A stretch of DNA of 64,000 nucleotides, from contig CM119265.1 in NCBI GenBank assembly GCA_051294375.1, forward strand, positions 17,139,172-17,203,171, given 5' to 3'. Source of the DNA: Paraspadella gotoi (Eukaryota; Animalia; Chaetognatha). The translations under genes and the position numbers were made by a program. This document shows, piece by piece, positions 47,236 to 64,000 of the stretch. How positions within the stretch are numbered: the first letter of the stretch is position 1; each line of letters starts with the position of its first letter. The notes under the pieces were generated by a model. It was not told the DNA's origin. It worked only from the letters and a program-made list of their open reading frames with translations, and did not search any database.

Positions 47236-48164
47236 TATGTGCTTTGGTAATTGAAACGAAACTAAAAAGTACGTCGAGAGTTTACGCGAGAAAATGTTGA
47301 CCATAAAATAATTGACCAAACGTTCAAATTTAAAGAAAGCGAGATATGACCTTTAACAGTTCTCATTTTAAAATCGTCCTTAATTAATTTTAACAAAGTA
47401 AAAAAAATTGTTCTTTTACCACGTCGTTAATTCAATTTTTATTTTATTTTTACATTACATTTTTGCGGTCGGTTTTTTTTCCGCTTCTTTTGAGAAGGGC
47501 CAATCTTTGTCAATGGGGTGGGTAAGAAGTTTGTTTTGGGAACCTTCCCAAATGAAACTTCATACATTTCTGAGAAAACTTTCAATGGACCAAAATTTTC
47601 TAAAATGACTAGAAGCACTAGTAATTATTTTTTTAATATTTATTTTTTTTAAAAATTGTTTTTGCATTTTTTATTTTTAAAAGCAGATTCATTTAGCTTA
47701 TGGAAAGTTGTTTTGCCAAAGTAGAATTCTTTTTTCAATATTTTAATGATATGTGGGTTAAATTTGAGAAAAACCTTAAAAAACCATCATCATCCAATGG
47801 ATTTAGCAGTTTTTACTAATTTTCAGTAATAAAACATCAAAATTTTAAAAAGTTGTAATTACATTTTTTGCTTAACTTTTTGAGCTCTATCAGAATCAAT
47901 TAAAAAAACTTAAAATATTTTTTTAAAAATTTTGACATTATATAGAAATATAATAATTTAAATTAGCGAATTACTCATGGTTCGGAACATTTTTGCAAAC
48001 AAATATTTTAACACAATAACTAATACCAAAAATGGATTTGTTTCATTCTTTTTCCATTAAAATTTGAATTTGGTCGGCTACCACTCTTATGAGCGACGTA
48101 TAAAAATCTCGCTAAGTAATAATAAAAAAGGACACTGGTAAGGGTAAAAAAACTTTTTATTACA

Positions 48165-48368
48165 AATCCCTAACCACCCCTAACCCTAACTACCCCTAAT
48201 TCTTAACTAACCTTAACCCAATTGCTAACCGTTTAAAAAATATAATATAAATTTAATATTTTTCCTTTCCTTTCCTTTCTTTGTTGTTTACGTACGAGTT
48301 TTATTACTCAAACCCCCACCCCCCTAACCCCTCTATCCCTAAACCCCCACCCCTAAACCCCCTTCCCA
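48165..48368. repeat. Degenerate interstitial telomere-like CCCTAA repeats, two patches
   Basis: ccctaaccacccctaaccctaactacccctaa at ~48168-48230 and cccctaacccc..ccctaaacccc at ~48310-48368. Confidence 0.55.
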
Positions 48369-50717
48369 TCCGTTTTCGTCGCTTTCTCGTTCGCGGTGAT
48401 TTTTCTCTTCTCCACCAACAAATCGATTCTTCACTTTTATTTTTCCGACTTCGACTCATTGAGTTACCATCGGAAACCGAAAGATGGTGAGGGGTGGGTG
48501 GTTGATGGGTGCTGAGATCGATGGGGAAATGGTAATATGTAATATGTTATCAACTTTTCACTTAACCAAACCATATGACAAAAATTAAAACTCCACGTCG
48601 ATTGATTAGTTATGGATATGACATGACAATTATTGTTCCGATTTATGACAATTACCTTTACATTACCGAACCAGAATTTCAGAAAGGTTAAATTTGACAA
48701 GCAAGTGAGAGTCGAAAAAAAGGAGAGGCGAAGAAAAAAAGTGGGCAAATAAGGATGAGAGATGAAAGTAATCGGGTTGTGTCCAGGAAAAGAGAATGGA
48801 GGAGAGGAGAAATAAAAAGTTGTGGAAGAGATAAGAAAAGGGAAAAAAAGAGAAAAGATAACAAATAGAAGAATAATAAAGAAAATAGAAATTCTGAGCG
48901 GAGATTCGAGAAGGAGAGTAAAGCGAAAATGCGCCGACTGCAGAACCGGAAATGATTAGATTCTTTGTTTCAGATTCTTTATCATTCGCGAAATCCAAAC
49001 GCCCGATAACGTGACGGGTGAGTCGGCCGTGTTAGGGGGGCACTGATGTAGCGGGGAGCCAGAAAACTTGGGCGGGGGGTGAGCGGAAGAGGGTAATCAA
49101 CGTCAAAAGTCATGAAAAATCGTGGTGGTCTCGAACTCGAGACGTTTTCACCGCGTAACTTTTGGATTTCAAACAAAAAGAAGAACCCGAAATCCTCCGC
49201 CAATCCTGCCCTTTAATCCCCCCTTCGTCGCAAGGACACACCGCACGGACGGAAATTACTCGGGCGGGGGATAGTCGTTGAACCATGGGACATTAGGCAA
49301 AAACAGTCCCAACCAATATTTGAGGAAGGAACGCGCGGAGGGAGAATCATCGCGTAACCGTTGAATAAATACATCGATCCATCTATTTTTGAATTTATTA
49401 CTCGTTACTACATCATGATGTTGAAACGGTATTCCATCCTAGAAAATCCAATTTATTAATCCATCATGGATTTGATCCGTTATTTTATCGTGGAGTTGAT
49501 TCTTTGCCCCATTCTTTTTCTCATCTGCCTTCCAACCTTTAACACTGCCCTTTAACACTGCTGACCAAATCCTCGTCCCAAACTCTTTTGATCAAATCTT
49601 CTTTTCAAATCCTGTTCGTCAAATTCCAAGTAAGAATTGAGTTTAATATTCGTTTTGACAACTTTTGTGATTTTTTTTATTGCGCGCCTCTCCTACTCTT
49701 TTTAATTCAAAGCTACTGAGAAAATTACGGACAGACGATCAGAAGCTAAGTAAAAATTTTTCAGTTACCAGTTACCACCAACCTACACTGCACAATGTGC
49801 AGCGCACAATCACTTCTGTACCACTCCCTCGTCTCTACTCTTCTTCGCTCTCTCCCCCCAATCGTCTCAACGCGTCCGAAACTCATTTGTAAACCCAGAG
49901 AAGCCGAGGGCAACGGACCTGCGGCTTCGGCGGCGGAGGCGGCGGCGGCCGCGTCGGGAGACGCGCAGTTACTAAAGAAACCACTATAAGATTGTAGGTG
50001 GAATATGAAAAGGAGGTGGTTTTGCTAAGGGGAAGTCAGAAATTGGCGATGAAATAAATACATAATAATCATGATTCATGAACCTAGAGATGTATGTATG
50101 TATGGCATGTATGGCATGTATTTTAAATTACGTTATACAATATACATGGTAACGTATAGTGATCTATATTGAATAGATACAATCTAACTTGGAGGCTAAT
50201 CAAACGCTGCGACGTCGGCTGGGGCGACAGCAGCGGCGGCTGCAGCGAGGTACGCTTCCGCCGGTGCAGTGGCTAAATGCCACATAAAGGAAAGGACATT
50301 GGTCGAGAGTTCAAGAGACGAGGAAAAGACGGCGACCTGTAGTAAGAATTACCCCCACGTAATTCGTGACTTACCCCGAGCGTGAGAGGAGAGACTCTGC
50401 GGAGGGAGAGAGAAACACAGTTCTTTATTTATTGGAACAGGAAACCAAATTTAGGTTCTTTATTTTCAACTTGAATATAATTTTAGAAGCAACGAAGCTA
50501 ATAAAATACAAAAACTGATTCGGCTGTTCGACGAGAATTCCTCGGTGGTAACCGTTAATATTTGAGTATTGAACAAACTTTAAATAATTGGTGGAAAACA
50601 AACAGAATCGTTTTTAGAATAAACAAAGACTGGAAATAGTGAAACAGTCGGGCTGCGGAAATCTCGCAAGTTCCGTCATTGTGTTTTTGTGGGGAAGGAA
50701 GAAAGTTTGGAAAAAAA

Positions 50718-50757
<40 letters not shown>

Positions 50758-51867
50758 TTCGTTATGTCATTAACATAAGGTTGAAAAACTAAGTCGAAAG
50801 TTCAGAGTCGGAAGGAGAGAAAATTGGAATTGCGCGTACGGAGGGCAGTGTTACTGTGGAGTGTGCAACTGTGCATGCAGCGTACACGTACCAAACTATG
50901 GACTTAAAAATGCTAAAAAATGCTTTAGGTTCATTGGCATTAAATTCTTTATTCTCTTAATTAGAAAATAGAAAAATTGCGTTGTATCTCAGGCGATTTT
51001 CTTCCAACTTCCTAAATTAGATTCTTTTCATGTGTATTTTTCGATCTCCGTCCGTTGTCTCCATTTCCGATCGATTCTCCGCTTTTGTTCGTTCAAAATC
51101 GCGGCTTCAGTTTACAACAAAAGCGAAGACGTTAAGACTCGAAAAGACAAAACACGCTGGGTTCACAATCGGACGGAGAGGAGGTCAAAGGAACGGTGAG
51201 GTTGGTCACCTGCGTGGGGGGGGGGCTAGGCCGAAAGTTTTAACAATGAGAGGCCGATAACAACATAGCTTGACCCGGCTGCTCAGGCTCGAGAGTTTGG
51301 ACGTCGTCATGTGATAGGTTTTTCAAGAAAACCACCTGGAAGTGATTAGACTTACGGTGCAATAAACTAGAAAGGGAAATGACTTTCGGGCTTTATTATC
51401 TATTGTTCAAGTACGAGGGGTCAACGGGGCAACGCTATTCCACATGATTATCAACGTTAAACCGGGTCACAGAGTTAACAACGATACCAAACGATACAAA
51501 ACCTTTAAAGTTTTAGACATTTATGAGTATTTATTTAACAATTAGGCTTCTTTACAATCTATGAACTTCGTTCACATTGAATCATAGACTTTTTTGGCCG
51601 AAACGAAAGAAAGATTGACTTTGGTGACGTTTATTAACGCGTTTGCTACGCTCTCTCTCTCTCTCCTTCTATCTCTCTCTCTGTTTCCCTCTAGACTATT
51701 GATCTCTTATTGTCCAGCTCTGAAATCTACGAACACCACTTTTAACAGTCATAGAGAATATAATATCTGCTTTTTTATTAAGTATTTATGTTTTTTCAAA
51801 TACTTCAATTTCTTCAAATATTTTATTGTATTGTAATCCTTTCTGTTTCGTTGTGTTTTTATTAGAG

Positions 51868-51938
51868 GCAAAATTTGAGTTTGTTAAGCAACGATTTAAC
51901 AACGAAATAAATCGTTGTTGAACTAACTCAAATTTTGC
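51868..51938. repeat. 31-bp imperfect inverted repeat with a 9-nt spacer (mini-MITE or hairpin)
   Basis: gcaaaatttgagtttgttaagcaacgattta vs the reverse complement of the right arm, gcaaaatttgagttagttcaacaacgattta. Confidence 0.8.
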
Positions 51939-52377
51939 ATTCAAATATTTTTAAACAAAAGATAAAAATATATATACGTCCTTTTTATTGGAATTTATTG
52001 GAATTTATTCTAGTAATTTGGTATGTATTGAGTATTGGATATTGCAAAGTGAGGATTTAGGATTAAGATTTAAAAGTTCATAAAGGATTAAGAATTAAGG
52101 TTTAAAAATTCATAAACTTAGTATATAAATATATATAATAATGGTGTGATAATGGTAATTGTATCGCAATGCCGTCAGACTCAAAGGCGGCCGCCGCGAT
52201 AAGGGGCGTTAATACAACTTTACGCTTCGTTTGAATTCTAACTTCACGCAATCTCGGCACTAAAAGTTGCAGGTCCGGTAAAATAGCGCCGAGGAACCGA
52301 AGGCGCCGGCGCTGAAGCTCGAAGGGGCGGCGACAACTGTTCTGCGCTGACCTATAGGCGCTAGCAATCCAAATCCG

Positions 52378-52440
52378 GGTGGCAATGCCGAGCCAAGGTG
52401 GCAATGCCCAGTGCCCAGGTGGTAATGCCGCGCCCAGGTG
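52378..52440. repeat. GC-rich ~19-21 bp tandem repeat, 3 copies
   Basis: ggtgg(c/t)aatgcc...gcc(c/a)a repeated three times. Confidence 0.7.
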
Positions 52441-53651
52441 TTAGAAGTCTGGGCAGAAAATAAATAATACTAAAAAACCATTGTCAAAGTACTCAACAAA
52501 TAAATAGAAAAACTTAACATTTTACCTTGTAATTGAAGCTAAAAATAAATATAAAGCTGCTTCTTCTTTGAAACCGCATAAATTCACCAACTTTATAACT
52601 ATAAGTATAACAAATAATTTCTCCAAACTCTGAAAATGTGCATGAAAAAGCACTAAAAAACAATTCTTAAACTGCAATGACGACTGTGAGTTCAGTTGGC
52701 CACCGTGATTCCACAATGATGTAAAATTGAATCAGGTTGAACCCACTCGGATTGCACTAACTTACCAAAAGCAAAAGACTCGAATTCTGCAATTTCAGAG
52801 TCAAAGCAAAAATAACAAAAGATCATCGCTAATTCTTAGAAATCATTGAAACCGGTAGGGCATTAGTCTTATATTTTCTTAACAGTAATAATAATAACAT
52901 TTTTAGTGCTGTTAGTGCAATTAGTCTTGCTCAATGCTCATTTATCGTTTGAATGTCAAATTGTTTCTTTTATTGTTTTATCGTTTTATCTTTTTATCGT
53001 CTTAACTGTCAAATTGTTTCTTTTATTTCAGGAGAAAAAAAATTAAGCCACAAAACTGGCAATCTCCTGCCAGAACACGCGACGTCAGATTCGGCACGCA
53101 AAGGGCGAAAGCAATAACCTTCCAGAATTCCATCAACCGAGCGACAGGAACCGCGCGGATTCCCTCGTGTTGTGGCGCCGGATGTTTCGTCCAATTTTTT
53201 TTTTTTTTTTGGTTTACCCTTTTTTCCCTCTTTTCTCTTTTTTTTTTCTTGACTTCGCTTTTCAATCATAGCGCAAATTATATCCGCTTTTTATTTCTGA
53301 GCCGCCTTCTGCTTCGATGCGAGACGCGTTGCCCAAATACGTTCGTTTCACGAACTTTTTTGGTTCAACGCAAACGCTCGTCTAAGAAAACAGCGTGCGC
53401 CGTTAAAGCTTCCATTTCTTAAGTTATCATCATCTGGCGCGAATAAATACAAGCGACGAATTAAGCGCAAAACGCGGATCGTGACGCAACCCCAATCTGC
53501 GATATCCCAAGCAGATGGCGCTCTTCTCAAGAGCACGGCGCTTTATTACTTCGACGCTTCTGCGTCTTTCGTCTCTGACTTCCGGTGCGAATGGGAAAAC
53601 AAACAATAAGAAAAGAAAATAGGGGAATGAAGGGAGAGGAGTCTTGAAGAC

Positions 53652-53706
<55 letters not shown>

Positions 53707-53782
53707 AGAGAGAGAGATGATGAGAGAGAGAGAGAGAGAGAGATAGAGAGAGAGAGATAGATGAGAGAGAGAGAGAGAGAAT

Positions 53783-53819
<37 letters not shown>

Positions 53820-53913
53820 TAGAGAGAGAGAGATAGAGAGAGAGAGATAGGAGAGAGAGAGAGAAATAGAGAGATAAGAGAGAGAGAGATAGAGAGGAGA
53901 GAGAGAGAGGAGA

Positions 53914-53948
<35 letters not shown>
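53652..53948. repeat. Imperfect (GA)n microsatellite, one of many GA/CT tracts in the window
   Basis: Directly visible. Confidence 0.95.
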
Positions 53949-54691
53949 GCTACACAACGTCATCAACTCGGCCTTGTGAGGTCCTCATCAGAAGTCTAAG
54001 GAAGGAGCGTTTGAGGAGGAAGAGTTGGCTCGTGCCCATTATGATAATCAAAGGCGACGACTCCATTTTCACAGCGATTAAAACAGTTTCGGAAAAGAAA
54101 AAAAAACGGTGTCGCCAACGGTTTTAGCTAAATTACAAAGGCAAGCTTTACTTCTGACTCTACTATTAATATTACAAAAAAATAATTAGATATTCGCGAG
54201 AATGATGAGTAATTGTGATCACTGTTCAATAAAACAGGCGCTCTTTCTAATTGCTTCAGTTCTTCAGTTTTTCTATCAGTTAACTCAATTAATTAGAGGT
54301 CGTCATTAATGTTCCTTCACGTCTCATTCGTCTTTCTTCAATTTTTTTCTTGGTTTTCGTGGTTCATGCTCAATTGCTCAATTGCTCAATTGGAAAAATA
54401 CTGGCAGACCAACGAACAAATCGACGGACAAATAGACTGATTTTTTTCAGGAACTAGTACTGTGAAAAACCGGTTTTAAAAAAGGGGGAGAGAGAGAGAG
54501 ACAGAGACACAGAGAGAGAGAGAGAGNNNNNNNNNNTGTCGCGGAACCAAAAACCAAAGTCCGAAAAGTCATCGAGCGAGAAACTTTTAAAGACTTGCGG
54601 TGTCACAGTTGTTTTCTGTTACGACAACTTCACAACAACAAAAAAATCAATTTTTGCTTAAATCTTTCATTTTTGTTATTTAGAAATAAAG

Positions 54692-58452
<3,761 letters not shown>

Positions 58453-60133
58453 TATAACAACTGACGACCTTTATATATTCGAAATGTTCAAAGCGAACTT
58501 GATAATGGATAAATCATTCGTACAAATCGCGAAATTTGTCAACGAAGGACAGTCTTGATGGGATTTTCTGTCATAATTCTTTCTTTTTATAATTTAGCTT
58601 TCGGAGTCCGGGGAACATTGCATATTGTTGAATGTTAATTTTTCATTACACTAGCAAAACGACCTACGTCCATTATGAATCGTCAAACACAATTTTGTCA
58701 TGAAAAATATCGTCCGTCCCTTTTCGTTTCCATTAAATCTTCTTTCCTTTTAAATTTATGCAATTGTTATTCTTTTGCAGAGAGGAAATTCAATTTCTTG
58801 TGTAAATATGAAAAAATTTAAAAATCTAATTAACGAGATGGGATAATTTTATTTTATCAAGAGAGTCTAATAAAAACAAAGTTAGAAATGTTTGGCCATT
58901 GGCCATCAGCCACCTGCCATCGCGAGATTCCCCTTGTTTTTGTCGCAAAACTTCTTTTTTTTTCTTCTTTTTTTTCTCTGAAATTGGTTTCGCAGACTTC
59001 AAAGCGAATTAGCGCCATTTCGTTTGACGGCATCAACCAGTGGCGTCCTCGGGGATTGCGGGCGTGACCTTTTCCGCGCAACGGCGGCACACCACCGGCT
59101 CTTCACCATCCACATCCCCAAAGACCCTTATCTTGTGAAGAGCGACATTGGTCGGAACATCTCTGTTATTTGAAATTCTCGAGCGAGAGAGTAGAGAAAA
59201 CAAATTTCTTCTCTTGTGAACGTCTGTTTAGTAGAAAAAGATAATTTCCTATTCTATTCACTCGATAATAACTTGAAACCAGATAGTATTTAACGAAACT
59301 CTTTTCTGCCACCAATTGACCCGGAAAAAAAACAACAAATATAAACAATGAAGACGACGCGAATCGACGCCAACTCTGAGGCCACTCCCGCCTCTTTCTA
59401 CCACTTAGCCACGCCCACAACACTCAAGTCTTGAAGCGCGGCAACAAAACCGTAAGTTAGGTTTATTTAATCCTCCAATTCGTCAGAAAGCTTTCAGTCA
59501 ATGTAAAGCCCTTTGACAGCCTCTTTATTCCTTCTTTTCGACGCATCGCAACTCTCATCTCCGAATTCGAATCTTCTATGATTTCACTCGAATCCCAAGC
59601 TGGACGCTCCCAATGTCTGCTACAGTTGACCTCCGGATAAAAATAACAACGATAACATATTTAAACGAAGGATTTACGCCTTTCAAGCTCGCAATAGTTT
59701 TCCATATCCTTTATCAATCAAACCTCGGTTATCCGTTTCTGACTCCTTCCTTTGTTTGTTCTCATACTCCGATCCTAAAAACTTCCCTCCATTTTTTATC
59801 CATCTTGATTCCATCGTTTACGAACCATATTCCCGGCCATCCGCCCCCCCTCGCCCCAACAGGCCCGCCCTCATCCGGTACCGCCATATAACCGGCGCCA
59901 TTTTTCTTCCGCTTGGCTTCTCGCCAACATCCGCAGTTTTTCCCCCATTTACATCCGGGTATTTTTTCCACTAACATCTTTCGCCCTCTCTTTTCCTTCC
60001 AAATTTACTTTTAAACGGAAAAACAAATAATTTTGTCTTTTTTTAACCATTTTTCTTCGAGCTGGTTCTTCAATATAGATCTCTCTTCTCTTCTCTTCTC
60101 TTCTCTTCTCTTCTCTTCTCTTGCTCTTACCCG

Positions 60134-60179
<46 letters not shown>

Positions 60180-60377
60180 CGAATTTCCGTGTTTTTTCCT
60201 CTGAGGAACGGAGAGCACAAACAGGATTCAGCGTTGATCGCCGGAGGACAGGCGAAATGTTTTGTTTTCCTGAAAATCGACGATGGCTGAAGGCGAAAAA
60301 CGAAAGAATGTTGAGAGCTCGATTTTTTTTTTCTCTCCTTCTCCCTTTGCTCTTTCTCCTTCTTTTTTCTTCTCTCT

Positions 60378-60450
<73 letters not shown>

Positions 60451-61890
60451 CTCTCTCTCTCTCTCTCTCTCGTTTGACTCGAGCATCGAGGGAATAAAGG
60501 AGCAAAGGGAAATTTATTCGCGGACGCGCGCGGTTTCGATTTGACGAGGGGAAGAGTTTTCGATTCTCGAGGCGTCCAATTTTGTTATTTTTTGGTGAAA
60601 AAGTGAAGTATTTTTCTGTGAACCCAGTAATTGGGAGGCGACTTGATTGAGGGGGCAAGGGGCGAGCGTGTCAAAATTTGTCACGAGAAATAAAATTTAG
60701 ATCCTTGCAGAAAAAAAGCTAAAGGTTATCGTGAAAAGCTGAAAATGTGCAAGAAAATGTCATATTTTCTCGTAATATTTTGCTATTATTCTTCCTGAGT
60801 TTTGTTTTAAACGTTTGTAATCTCTTAATCAAATTCTGATTACCCTTATTTTGCTTTTATTATAATCTTGGTTAATATTAAACTTAGGATTTCTTTGTTA
60901 TCACGTAACCGGAAAGAAAAATTGCCCCTATTCCTTGTAATGGTCCCGTTAAATCCCATTTTTTATCATTTGTTTTCTTGAGGCAATAAATGTACTTGAA
61001 CGAGGGAAAAAATGAGCGTCGATCAATCCAATTAAGACTTTCACCTGAAATTTTTTTTTCTCACTCATGGTTAGACAGATTGGGCGATTGGGCCTCATTA
61101 AATCCCGAATTTCAAGGAAATCACGGCATCTACAGGCAGCCAAGAAAACGAGCTTTTTGTGACAAATGTTTGGAAAGAAAAGTTAGACAAAATATCAGGA
61201 AAAAAAAAACAAAGGCGATTAAAATTCTGACATTGAAATATTGAAAACCATTACAATAGAAAACTGACTACAATGGTCATAATAAATAACAATGAGAAAA
61301 ATTAAACTGATAGAGTTGGGGCAAGTGAAGCCTGTCGAAGATTCGAGTGGTCGAATCACGATTAGTGAACGCCATTGTCGTTGTCATCGTCGTCGTATGA
61401 GTTGCTGCAACGTTCGAAATGTAATTTAAGGGGAAATGAAGGAAAAACAGGAAAAAAGTTGGGCGAAAAAAGCAAAAGCAAAAACAGTTTTCTTCGTGTT
61501 TAACTTTTTATGTACAATAAACATTTTTCATGATAGTCAGTCAGTTAGTTGACTCAGTTCAGGGAGAAGAACTATTTGATATTGACATTTCTATAAACTA
61601 ACAACTTTAAATATAACGACTCAGAAAGATCTTCAAACTATAAGAAACCAAAGCTCCCCAAAATATGTTACTCTACTACATTTTAAGAATCTAGTTTTCC
61701 CAACATTTATTATTTGGGCGGAAGTCGCCTGATGTAGTCGCTTGGGTTAAAATTTGGAGGGAAAATAGTTCGGCCGGAATTTATCTTCTTTGTTTTGGTG
61801 GGAAGAAAAGGTGAGAGAGGATGAGGGCAAAACATTAGAGGTCGGAGAAAGAACTTTTCTTTTCCAGGTTTAAGGTTCCTTTTCTGTCTG

Positions 61891-61925
<35 letters not shown>

Positions 61926-62292
61926 GTCTTTCTTTCTTTCTTTCTTTCTTTCTTTATTTCTTTCTTTCTTTCTTTTTGATTTATTTTTTTCTAGTATCCC
62001 TCAAATCTTTTTTTTTCTTTCTCTCTTCTCATACTCATCATCCACTACATTTTCTTTACTTTTCCTTGTTCGTTTCTGTTCACTGAAGCCAAGACTTGGC
62101 CAAGACTTGGCCCAAGTCATAAATAAATAGAGGAGAGTAAATCGAGAAAGATCGACTTGGAAAAAACTTGGAAAAGAGAAAAGTTGAAAAAACCGCAGAA
62201 GAGACTCTTTTTTTATTTGTTTTTATTGAATTGAAAACGGAAATTGACGAGGGACGAAGAGTCGGACGAATACGACGACGACGACGACGACG

Positions 62293-62323
<31 letters not shown>

Positions 62324-63863
62324 AATTCAAATTCAGACGACATTTGAAGTCTTTGGGGACAAACTGGAATAAATAATTAACTTTTTTAATGTATTCGTAG
62401 TCAATCTAATTGAAAAGAATTTTTAAGCGCGAGTAGGAAAATAAAACGATATATCGTCATATCGCATGAATACGAAAGCTTTCCAAGAATTAGCGACCGA
62501 TTACGAATAATTAGAATATTGTTGATTACAATCATAATAATTGTTTATAATTAGTAGTGAAATATTAGTAAGCTCAGCGACCTTTTCGAATACATCGAAC
62601 TAATTCTAATTAATTATCCCGATCACGAGGACGAATTAAAAAAAAAAAAAAAGAAAACCGATCGAAAAAAAGCGTCGCCATTCTTGCCGTTTTTATGTTA
62701 CCCTTAAAAATGAAAATTTGAATTTTATGCGCCATAAAACTCTCGTAATCTGGAAGGAAGAGGAAGAAAAAAAAAAAAGCTTGTCCCCTCGACGACGGGT
62801 AACTGGGGAATAGGTTGGAGTGAAAGTCGAGGCTGATTGTTGTTATCGTTGCTGCTGTTGTTGTTGTTGCTGACGTCGTCAAGCCGTCTACGACCTGCTT
62901 CGCCTTCTGAGTCGATTGTTATTACTAATCATTTCGCGTCCGCCATTTCTACAGCTTGACGAGCCCGAAGCCCTTGGGCTCGAACTGTGGAATCTTTGGA
63001 TCCATCGGCCTTGTCTCTATACCATCTGACAAGATTCTATTTGTTAAAAAGGGACGGGAGGCGTCGGTTTCCATTAAAGCGGCGCGAAAGCTTTGCGTCG
63101 GGTCTTTTAAAAAGCAGCGAGCGAAGAGGGAAACTTGGCGACTCTTGCGCGCGCCCAGCGGCGAGATGAGAAAAAGAGAGGTTCAGGACGTGAGAGAGGT
63201 TGTTAGAGAGGTTGCGAAAAAGTAGCATTGACTAAGTGAGGTCGTCGAATTCTTGACGCCAAGGTTTCCGAGGGACAAAACCGCGTCTCCTCGCCTTGGA
63301 AATTGCTTCTTTTCGGTTCGCTCAGCTTAAAATTATATATATGCGCATGATTATATCCATAAGGGTTAAGCCCCGCGCCCAAAGGAACAACCACACGAAC
63401 ATCGCCACTATACACACACCACGTCACCACCACCACCACCACACTATAACCAGTTCACCACGGTCTCAAGCGGAACTGATCGGCGAACGTGCGATGGTTG
63501 CGCCGCGTTTCGCGCAAAGGAAGGAAAGTGACCGAAGTTCAACGAAGAAAGAGTCGAGCAAAAAAAAAAAGAAAAAGAAAAAGAAAAAAATGGCGGGAAA
63601 AGTCGATATCCGGAAAGGAGAAGCGGAGATGTGGACATTGAACAAAGAGTGAGATGGAATAACGGATTTAGGGTTTTTAACTTTGTTTGCGCGAAAGAAG
63701 GTTAAAGTCAAAGAAAAACATTCAGAGTGAAAAACCAGTTAAGACGTATGTTTGAGCAAGCAATAATTGTATTTTCACTATGGAAAAGCAGTGTATGGAC
63801 AAAAAAAAATACAAAAACTACAATTATTGTTTATACTACTGACAGTGCATGTTATGACTTTTA

Positions 63864-64000
63864 AAGAAGTTTTGAGCAAACAATGGCGGATACGGCCTCG
63901 ATCATTTAGCGATCATTCCATAGAATTTTATTTCCATCTCAATCACACACTTTTCGATCGATTCAAAATTTTAAGTCAATCCCATTGTCCTTTCAAGAGT
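63864..64000 (-). mobile_element. Diverged end of another HINE-family copy, running off the window
   Basis: aagaagttttgagcaaacaatggcggatacggcc resembles aacaagtttgagcaaacaatgtcggatctgcc, followed by ctcaatcacacacttt..caaaattt..gtcaatc from the internal unit. Confidence 0.65.

Noticed and set aside
53430-53966. LSLSLS, ERERER and FLSF ORFs here and throughout the window
   Set aside because: Translations of GA/CT and AAAG microsatellites.

Overview
Eukaryotic (invertebrate- or protist-like) genomic DNA with AT-rich, microsatellite-laden intergenic and intronic sequence and GC/CpG-rich exons. Two genes are well supported: (1) an intronless 787-aa Sen1/senataxin/UPF1-like SF1B helicase (37820-40183, minus) with an unusual architecture (no large N-terminal domain, a very short 1C/prong region, and a ~108-aa acidic Ser/Pro/Thr insertion inside RecA2); (2) a six-exon alpha-N-acetylglucosaminidase (NAGLU, GH89; 54692-58452, plus; 765 aa when spliced). 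The helicase lies in a ~10-11 kb unit present as a direct tandem pair (19178-30250 and 30550-40725), with an inverted partial copy at the window start (1-2226). The first tandem copy is insertion-riddled and bordered by 25-N gaps, so it may be raw long-read gap fill rather than biology. Just upstream of the helicase is a nest of non-autonomous transposons: a DINE-1/HINE (Helentron-type) family with 11-bp subterminal inverted repeats and several internal minisatellites, a foldback hAT-type MITE with an 8-bp TSD, and an internally deleted Tc1 element with TA TSDs. Sequence from 2.3 to 18 kb looks low-accuracy and holds frameshifted exon-like blocks that I cannot identify. No rRNA, tRNA or CRISPR array is supported.
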